A DNA stretch of 64,000 bases from a virus. Under the pieces are notes generated by a model, which saw only the letters and a list, made by a program, of their open reading frames with translations, had not been told where the DNA came from and made no database searches. The stretch covers positions 13,442-77,441 of the IMG/VR virus record IMGVR_UViG_3300011013_000009. One strand, written 5' to 3'. Numbering within the stretch: position 1 is the first letter of the stretch; every line of letters starts with the position of its first letter. The position numbers and the translations under genes are program-made. Shown here in pieces: positions 57,405 to 64,000 of this stretch.

Positions 57405-57926
57405 ATGGCGTTATTTGGAACACAGAGAGATGCAAAGTTTTTAGCATCAATTAACGCAGAACTATTAAATGCGATAGTTGATACTGAAATAGAATTCTAC
57501 AAATTAATAATAGAACAATCTAATTCGAATATATATGGAGAGTCTACTTCCAAAGCATATTATGACTCAATATTAATTCCAGCATTAATTACCAAAGAAG
57601 GTAAAACTGGTACTATGGATGATTATGGACATAGTTATACCAGGACTGCACAATTTGGAATATCTAGAGATATATTAGAAAAAGCAGATTTTTATCCAGA
57701 AGCTGGAGATATTATTAAATGGGACGCAGAATATTATCAAATCGATAATGTTGATGCAAATGAATATTTTGTAGGGAAGAATCCAGAAACTTGGCCCAAT
57801 GGTGATAAATTTGGTTATAGCGTGTCTGTATTATGTGATACTCATGTAACTAGACAAACTCCGACAAATATTAGAAAAATGCGTTTTGGCAATGCAAAAG
57901 ACGATAAATCATATAAAGGATTTTAA
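57405..57926 (+). CDS. Neck protein (gp14-like head closure)
   Basis: NIYGE, YPEAGDII..D..YYQI; synteny. Confidence 0.7.
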   Translation: MALFGTQRDAKFLASINAELLNAIVDTEIEFYKLIIEQSNSNIYGESTSKAYYDSILIPALITKEGKTGTMDDYGHSYTRTAQFGISRDILEKADFYPEAGDIIKWDAEYYQIDNVDANEYFVGKNPETWPNGDKFGYSVSVLCDTHVTRQTPTNIRKMRFGNAKDDKSYKGF

Positions 57927-59149
57927 TGCCTAGATATAGACGACAAAATATCGATAGAAAAACAAATAAGCCCGAATTAAATAAAAGTGAATCTACAAGA
58001 CCGGATTTAATTTTAAATAGGGCGGAGCAAATACGAAGAGACGACGATGTTGTTCGCACTCCAAAACGTACTGTATATGATATTGATTACGCAATTAAAT
58101 GGTTTATAGAAAACGAAATACAACCACAAGTAGAAGCCAATGGAGAATTAATCGATGTTCCGGTTATTTTTGCAAATGGAGAAAAATGGGATAATGTAAG
58201 GCGATTAGGATATTTACGAGATGAAAAAGGAATGTTACAATCTCCTATTATTGTATTAAAACGAAATTCATTATCAGAAAGAGACCAATTAAGAAAATTA
58301 GATATTAATCGACCTATATCCGGAAATCAATTAATATACAAACAAAAATATAATAAACGAAATAGATATTCAGACGATTTAATTCCTATACCAATAAATG
58401 ATCCTATACAATCACAAGAATTATATACAGTAAATGTACCGGAATATGTAGATATAGAATATGATATGATGATATGGACTGATTTTACTACGCAAATGAA
58501 TGATTTAGTAGAACAAATTATGCCATATGGAACATTTGCATGGGGCAATGAATTTAATAAATATAGAACTTTTATTCGTCAAATGAGTTTCGAAACTATT
58601 AATACAGTTGGAGAAGACAGATTAATACGGTGCATAGTACCATTAACAGTCAATGGAACATTAATGGCAGAACAAGAGTATAGACAAAATGTTGTACAAA
58701 AAAGATATTCAATAAAAAAATTAGAATGGGCTACCGTGATTGATGTAGATACAAATATATTTGACACTACAATTGTCCCTCAACAATTAATAGATGCGCA
58801 ACAACGAATTATATCAGGAAATTCAGTAATTGTTTCTGGCGGTGGTAGTAGTACTACAATTGATTCATCTACATTAAACTATTTAATTAATTTGTCAGAC
58901 CAAACAGGAACATTTGTAGACACAGATACAATTACAGTATCTGCTGCAGCAGCAACTAATCCATCTAATTTAACAGTTGCAAATAAAAATGAATTTGATT
59001 TATATATTAATGGACAATATATAGATAAAGCAATTTATACATGGACTCCATTACAAACATCTCCACAAACTATAGACTTTGATACTGGTACATTAGGATA
59101 TACCCTAGATTCAGAAGATGTGATAATTATTAATGGTAGGTGGGCTTAA
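57926..59149 (+). CDS. Tail completion/terminator protein (gp15-like)
   Basis: VPVIFANGEKW; PEYVDIEYDMMIWT...QMNDLVEQI. Confidence 0.7.
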   Translation: MPRYRRQNIDRKTNKPELNKSESTRPDLILNRAEQIRRDDDVVRTPKRTVYDIDYAIKWFIENEIQPQVEANGELIDVPVIFANGEKWDNVRRLGYLRDEKGMLQSPIIVLKRNSLSERDQLRKLDINRPISGNQLIYKQKYNKRNRYSDDLIPIPINDPIQSQELYTVNVPEYVDIEYDMMIWTDFTTQMNDLVEQIMPYGTFAWGNEFNKYRTFIRQMSFETINTVGEDRLIRCIVPLTVNGTLMAEQEYRQNVVQKRYSIKKLEWATVIDVDTNIFDTTIVPQQLIDAQQRIISGNSVIVSGGGSSTTIDSSTLNYLINLSDQTGTFVDTDTITVSAAAATNPSNLTVANKNEFDLYINGQYIDKAIYTWTPLQTSPQTIDFDTGTLGYTLDSEDVIIINGRWA

Positions 59150-61449
59150 TGGCAAGACAATTTAAAAGCGGACAGTTACGAGACGATTTATCATTATCAG
59201 GCTCGTTCTCAGGATCATTTCAAGGAGATGGTTCTGGTTTAACTGGGCTACCATTAGTAGTATCAGCATCATATGCCATATCAGCATCTTATGCCATATC
59301 AGCGTCCCATGAAATTATAAAAGAGGTTTCATCATCATACGCCGACACTGCGTCTTTTGCAGAATCAGGTAATGGTATTTTTAGCGGAAGCTTTAGCGGA
59401 AGTTTTGAAGGAAATGGAAGTGGTTTAACAGATATCCCGGCGTCGGGAATTGTAGGGCTAAATTTATCACAAATTTCAAGTGGTAGTGCGACAGCATCAA
59501 TTTCACCTGATAAAGGGTTACAGATAAATACAGATACCACAATTACAGGTTCATTAACAGCTTCAGGTAGCTTAACTATACAAGGATCATCTAGTTATGA
59601 AGGCGGAAGTATAACATTAGATACAACTACTTTACCAAGTCTACCAGGTAGCGATACAAAAGTAAGTATAGGAGTAGGTGGTTCCGGAGCCCCACAAAAA
59701 ACATTTCAAATTTATACCAATGCAGGGTATGTTCAAGTAGGACCCGTAAATGGTTCATATTCACATTTCCTAACAGATAGGTCCAAATTCTATTTTAATA
59801 AACCTCTTCAAGTAGAGGGTGAAGTAATGAGTCATGTTGGTCAAGATTTAGTATTAGGAAGTAGAGGAGGAACTAGTGATACAATTACAATAGGCACTAA
59901 TGATATTATATTTGAACTAAATAATAATAATATATTCTACATGACTACAGGTAGTTCAGGTTTAGATTCAATATTAAGTGGTAGTGCATCATCAACAGCA
60001 TCCTTTGGAACTTATTTAGGGGATGGTTCCCAATTAACAGGTATTGTTACAGACCCATTCCCTTATACAGGAGATGCTTCAATAACAGGTTCATTAACAG
60101 TATCAGGTTCATTTGTACCTCATGGTAAAGCCGGAATTGATAATGTTATAATAGGAGATGGTGCAGGTGCCATAGCAAACGCTCAGACAGCCTATAATGT
60201 ATTCGTAGGACGAAATGCAGGAGGTAATGACAATGATTTTGGAGATCAAAATGTATTAGTAGGAAATGAAGCAGGATATTTAGGTAACCAAACTGGAAAC
60301 ACTTCTATAGGTTACCATGCAGGAAGAGGATGGGGAACAACAGGGACTACTCCAACAATAGGATATAATACTTCTATAGGTTATCAAGCTGGATATGGAG
60401 CAGCTACTAGAACAACTGCTATACATAATACCCTTTTAGGAGCATTTACTGGAAGAAATATAAACCCTTTTGGTGGTGGAAATGGAAATGGCAATGTATT
60501 AATAGGATATTACGCAGGATATGAAAATGTAGGAGATGGAAATATTATAATTGGTTCAGGTAGTATAGGTGAAGACTATATGACAAACCAACTTCGAATA
60601 GGTAATGGAAATGATTTAGTCACAATCTCAGCTTCTTTAGCAACTGGTGATATTATTTTCCCAAGTACTGCTTCAGCAGCATACTTTGTAGGTGATGGTT
60701 CACAATTAACAGGAATAGTTTCATCATCTTATGCAATATCTGCTTCATACGCAGTAAGTGCATCCCATGAGATAATAAAAGAAATATCTTCCAGTTACGC
60801 TGATACTGCATCTTTTGCACAAAGCGGAAACGGAACATTCTCAGGTTCATTCTCAGGAAGCTATGTTGGAGATGGTAGTGGTTTAACAGGTGTAGACCCA
60901 TTCCCATTTTCAGGTTCAGCAGTAATAACAGGAAGTTTAGTAATATCGGGTTCAAGCAAACCATTAGAAGTAATTGGAAGCGGTTCAACGGTATTTAGTG
61001 TAGTAGGTAGTTTAGGAGAATTATTTGCTATAGACGATGTTTTATCAGGCTCTTTATTAGTAATAAACGATGCTTCTGGAATACCCCAATTTGAAGTATT
61101 CTCAGATGGTAGAACTTTAATAGGAGCAGACCCTCGTTCATTATATACTACTGCGACTATAAGCGCAACAGCAGCTGCTACATCGGAATCCATATATTCA
61201 TTGAGTACTAGTTCATATGACGGTGTATTCTTTGATTATACCATAAGTTCTGCATCAAATGCTAGAGCAGGAAACATAATGTCAATATGGAATGGGGGTA
61301 GTTTAGTTTACACAGAAAATACTACAACTGATATAGGATCAACAACAGGAGTTATATTTAATGTAGAAATTTCCCAAAGCCAAGCACAACTAATTTCAGT
61401 AACAGATACTGCAGGATGGAAAATTAAAACAACAATAAGATCAATATAA
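59149..61449 (+). CDS. Tail fibre protein (likely start ATG 59149)
   Basis: SASYA repeats, GDGSxLTG modules, NTSIGYxAG adhesin-head-like repeats. Confidence 0.75.
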   Translation: MARQFKSGQLRDDLSLSGSFSGSFQGDGSGLTGLPLVVSASYAISASYAISASHEIIKEVSSSYADTASFAESGNGIFSGSFSGSFEGNGSGLTDIPASGIVGLNLSQISSGSATASISPDKGLQINTDTTITGSLTASGSLTIQGSSSYEGGSITLDTTTLPSLPGSDTKVSIGVGGSGAPQKTFQIYTNAGYVQVGPVNGSYSHFLTDRSKFYFNKPLQVEGEVMSHVGQDLVLGSRGGTSDTITIGTNDIIFELNNNNIFYMTTGSSGLDSILSGSASSTASFGTYLGDGSQLTGIVTDPFPYTGDASITGSLTVSGSFVPHGKAGIDNVIIGDGAGAIANAQTAYNVFVGRNAGGNDNDFGDQNVLVGNEAGYLGNQTGNTSIGYHAGRGWGTTGTTPTIGYNTSIGYQAGYGAATRTTAIHNTLLGAFTGRNINPFGGGNGNGNVLIGYYAGYENVGDGNIIIGSGSIGEDYMTNQLRIGNGNDLVTISASLATGDIIFPSTASAAYFVGDGSQLTGIVSSSYAISASYAVSASHEIIKEISSSYADTASFAQSGNGTFSGSFSGSYVGDGSGLTGVDPFPFSGSAVITGSLVISGSSKPLEVIGSGSTVFSVVGSLGELFAIDDVLSGSLLVINDASGIPQFEVFSDGRTLIGADPRSLYTTATISATAAATSESIYSLSTSSYDGVFFDYTISSASNARAGNIMSIWNGGSLVYTENTTTDIGSTTGVIFNVEISQSQAQLISVTDTAGWKIKTTIRSI

Positions 61450-61453
61450 TGTT

Positions 61454-62200
61454 ATGTCATTACGAAGAGGACCAAAATCAATAGTAACTGAAGGGTTAGT
61501 ATTTTATATAGATGCTGCTAATCCAAAATCATATGTAAGTGGTAGTACTACAACAAATAATCTAACTAACACAGATGAAATTGGAAATTTAATAAACAAT
61601 ACAGGTTTTTCCACAGACAATCAAGGAACTTGGGTATTTGATGGTGTTAATGATTATATAACATTTGGGGATCTAACATCCATAAACCCTGAATTAAATA
61701 GTTTTACTTATAATATATTTTTTAAAATAGACCCTACTACCTTAACAACTAATATAATTTCAACTAAGGGAAGTAGTTCATCTAATTTAATTGGTTGGGC
61801 GATATTTTATGCAGATGTAAATGGAGTAATAGAAATTAGATGTAATGGGAATAATAGTTTAAGTCAAAGAGCTGGTCAATATATATCCATAAATGAAAAC
61901 CAAATTTATATGGTTAGTTTAGTTATTAACCGAACTGATAACACAATAAAAGGTTATTTAAATGGTAGTAATAATAATTGGGATGATGGTAATTTTGGTG
62001 GAGCTTTTACTACTAACTCTATTACAGGATTTGGATCAATAGTATCCCCAGATGACTTTTTTATTGGAAGAAGAAGTAATATTGGTACTCCTTTACCTAT
62101 GCTTGGTAACATTTATTTAGTTAATTGTTACAATAGAGCTTTATCAGCAGATGAAGTCCTACAAAATTATAACGCATTAAAAGGAAGATTTGGATTATGA
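61454..62200 (+). CDS. LamG/ConA-like lectin-fold protein
   Basis: IVTEGLVFYIDAAN..SY; FDGVND; YNRALSADEVLQNYNALKGRFGL. Confidence 0.88.
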   Translation: MSLRRGPKSIVTEGLVFYIDAANPKSYVSGSTTTNNLTNTDEIGNLINNTGFSTDNQGTWVFDGVNDYITFGDLTSINPELNSFTYNIFFKIDPTTLTTNIISTKGSSSSNLIGWAIFYADVNGVIEIRCNGNNSLSQRAGQYISINENQIYMVSLVINRTDNTIKGYLNGSNNNWDDGNFGGAFTTNSITGFGSIVSPDDFFIGRRSNIGTPLPMLGNIYLVNCYNRALSADEVLQNYNALKGRFGL

Positions 62201-62880
62201 GATTCGGATCAAAATCAATAGTAACTGAAGGGTTAGTATTTTATGTAGATTCTAATAATCCTTCTTCATATACTTCAGGCAGTTTAACTACCTCTAACTT
62301 AGTAGGACCTGGTAGTGGTTCTTTACAATCAGGTGTAGGAATAGGAGATAATAATTCTTGGAGATTTGATGGAGTAGATGATAATATACAAACAAGTGTT
62401 TCCCCAAGTACATATTCTATTACTGGCTACTCAACAGGAATGGCTTATGGGATATGGTTTAAAACATCCGTAGCAAATTCAACAGATTTTACTTTTATTA
62501 CCTCAAATGCAAATACCAATATGACTTCAGGAACGGGTATTTTTATTAGAAATTCTAAATGTTATGCTTTTATTAGAGCATGGAATTATAGTCAAACTAC
62601 TTCTCAAGATGTAAATGATGGAGAATGGCATTATGCTGTAATATCAAAACAATTTTATCTTGATGGGCAAGTTGTTACTACTGGGTATAACACTACCCCT
62701 CCTTATGATATAAATAAAAATGTATCAAGTAATCTTACTGTAGATTTTCGTATAGCTCGTAATCCAGGAAGAGCCAATCTACCAGGTGATATATCATTAT
62801 TTCATGTATATAATAGAAATTTATCATCATCAGAAGTACTCCAAAACTACAACGCATTAAAAGGGAGGTTTGGATTATGA
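62197..62880 (+). CDS. LamG/ConA-like lectin-fold protein (paralogue)
   Basis: Same termini as the previous gene; DGEWHYAV. Confidence 0.88.
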   Translation: MRFGSKSIVTEGLVFYVDSNNPSSYTSGSLTTSNLVGPGSGSLQSGVGIGDNNSWRFDGVDDNIQTSVSPSTYSITGYSTGMAYGIWFKTSVANSTDFTFITSNANTNMTSGTGIFIRNSKCYAFIRAWNYSQTTSQDVNDGEWHYAVISKQFYLDGQVVTTGYNTTPPYDINKNVSSNLTVDFRIARNPGRANLPGDISLFHVYNRNLSSSEVLQNYNALKGRFGL

Positions 62881-63590
62881 GTGGACGAGTAGGACCATTA
62901 CCACCTTCATTTACAGACAACTATTCATTAAATTTTGATGGGATAGATGATTATATAGATTGTGGCAACATATCTGCTTTAAATGGCTTAACTACTGCTA
63001 CTTGGTCTTGTTGGATTAGAAGGGGGGGAACATCAGCATATTATTTAATGAGTTCGTGGGGTACAACAAATGTAGATAAACAATTTTTTTCATATACAAC
63101 AAACCAACAAATCTTAGTATATTTAGGTGATAGCACAACGGGTGCGCAAAGATTAATGTTTAATAGTAACAATTTACTTACAATTACTACAGGAACTTGG
63201 TATCATTTAGCAATTGTATATAATGGTTCTGAAGCAAGCGACGCTGATAAAATAAAGGTTTATCTTGAAAACACTCCAATTACTAATCAAACAACAGGAT
63301 ATAATATACCATCTTTACATTCAGTTACTACAAATTTTGAAATAGGTAAAATAGGTGGATATACTACTAATGAATTTAATGGAAACATAGATGAGGTTTC
63401 AATTTTTGATAGTATACAAAATGTATCAACACTTTACAACTTAGGCACACCAGGAGATCTAACAAGTTTAAGCCCTTTAGCATGGTATCAATTCGAAGAA
63501 GGATCAGGTACAACTGCTATAGATTCTGGAACAGGTGGAAATAATGGTACTATAAATGGAGCTACTTATTCAACTGATGTACCAACTTAA
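62877..63590 (+). CDS. LamG/ConA-like lectin-fold protein
   Basis: SLNFDGIDDY, TWYHLAIVY, FNGNIDEVSIF, GTTAIDS..NNGT. Confidence 0.88.
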   Translation: MSGRVGPLPPSFTDNYSLNFDGIDDYIDCGNISALNGLTTATWSCWIRRGGTSAYYLMSSWGTTNVDKQFFSYTTNQQILVYLGDSTTGAQRLMFNSNNLLTITTGTWYHLAIVYNGSEASDADKIKVYLENTPITNQTTGYNIPSLHSVTTNFEIGKIGGYTTNEFNGNIDEVSIFDSIQNVSTLYNLGTPGDLTSLSPLAWYQFEEGSGTTAIDSGTGGNNGTINGATYSTDVPT

Positions 63591-63616
63591 TTATTTTTTA
63601 ACATATTTATAATAGA

Positions 63617-63877
63617 ATGCATTACGAAGATAGAACATACGCAACAGCTGTAACATCAGACTTAGGGAACGTTGATTTTTCTCAAGTTATGGAAACATCA
63701 ACTAATACAATTAGAAAATCATTAGATGAAACTCAATTTGTATTAAAATGGCATAAAGGACATATTCCAACTTTCATTTCAGATGCTAGTGTAGCGTTAA
63801 CTTGGAGTGGTTCATATGAAGATTGTTTAACATTAATGTCAACAGCTGAATGGTCTGATACAGGATCAATAGAATAA
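63617..63877 (+). CDS. Small fibre-associated protein
   Basis: VDFSQVMETS..TIRKSLD...W; late motif at 63603. Confidence 0.65.
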   Translation: MHYEDRTYATAVTSDLGNVDFSQVMETSTNTIRKSLDETQFVLKWHKGHIPTFISDASVALTWSGSYEDCLTLMSTAEWSDTGSIE

Positions 63878-63917
63878 AAATATTTAACTTCTTTTTGGAT
63901 AGGGAAAAAAAGAAAAC

Positions 63918-64000
63918 ATGGCAAACGAATTTATAATAAAGAAAGGCTTTATCTCAAAAGCCAACTCAGTAGTATCAGGTTCTCTGATAGTAACAGAAGG
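63918..64000 (+). CDS. 5' part of another tail-fibre-like gene (partial)
   Basis: MANEFIIKKGFISKANSVVSGSLIVTE, open to the window end. Confidence 0.6.
   Translation, partial: MANEFIIKKGFISKANSVVSGSLIVTE

Noticed and set aside
62130-62880. LamG 3' repeats as a diversity-generating retroelement TR/VR pair
   Set aside because: Differences are mostly synonymous and not adenine-specific; both copies are coding; no reverse transcriptase seen
2287-63924. Many short antisense or nested ORFs in the track (e.g. 22893-23390, 53092-53592, 10970-11323)
   Set aside because: They shadow strong + strand genes and lack promoter or start signals; 10970-11323 is the least certain rejection
1-64000. Stop-codon reassignment (TAG or TGA), seen in some large Bacteroidota phages
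   Set aside because: Core genes are full length in the standard code; TAG and TGA end genes at sensible boundaries

Overview
A 64-kb, AT-rich segment of a large T4-like (myovirus-type) phage, read in the standard genetic code, almost entirely on the + strand. The host is probably a Bacteroidota, judged from Bacteroidota-type -33/-7 promoters, a DUF4494-like gene, Gln-after-signal-peptide secreted proteins and a phage bS21. Order: (1) early genes, each with its own host-type promoter (1-1.7 kb); (2) a phased G-tract island (1.8-2.0 kb); (3) a tandem array of unrelated small proteins sharing an N-terminal M(I)KLKxLLxE leader (2.1-8.9 kb); (4) accessory genes, an HD hydrolase and a gp55-like late sigma factor (9-16 kb); (5) baseplate/tail genes (16.4-30.8 kb); (6) a DNA-metabolism island with endonuclease I, primase and an Mre11-Rad50 fusion (32.7-37.4 kb); (7) a 1059-aa nucleotidyltransferase + HAD + ligase-fold fusion; (8) terminase, portal, prohead protease, bS21, scaffold, major capsid and neck genes (46-59 kb); (9) tail fibre and tandem LamG genes. 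The best candidates for new biology are a leader-tagged, probably protease-matured capsid cargo system, and a translation-initiation switch in which late genes are either SD-led or apparently leaderless while early genes lack SD, next to a phage bS21. All protein calls come from motif recognition by eye, not database searches.
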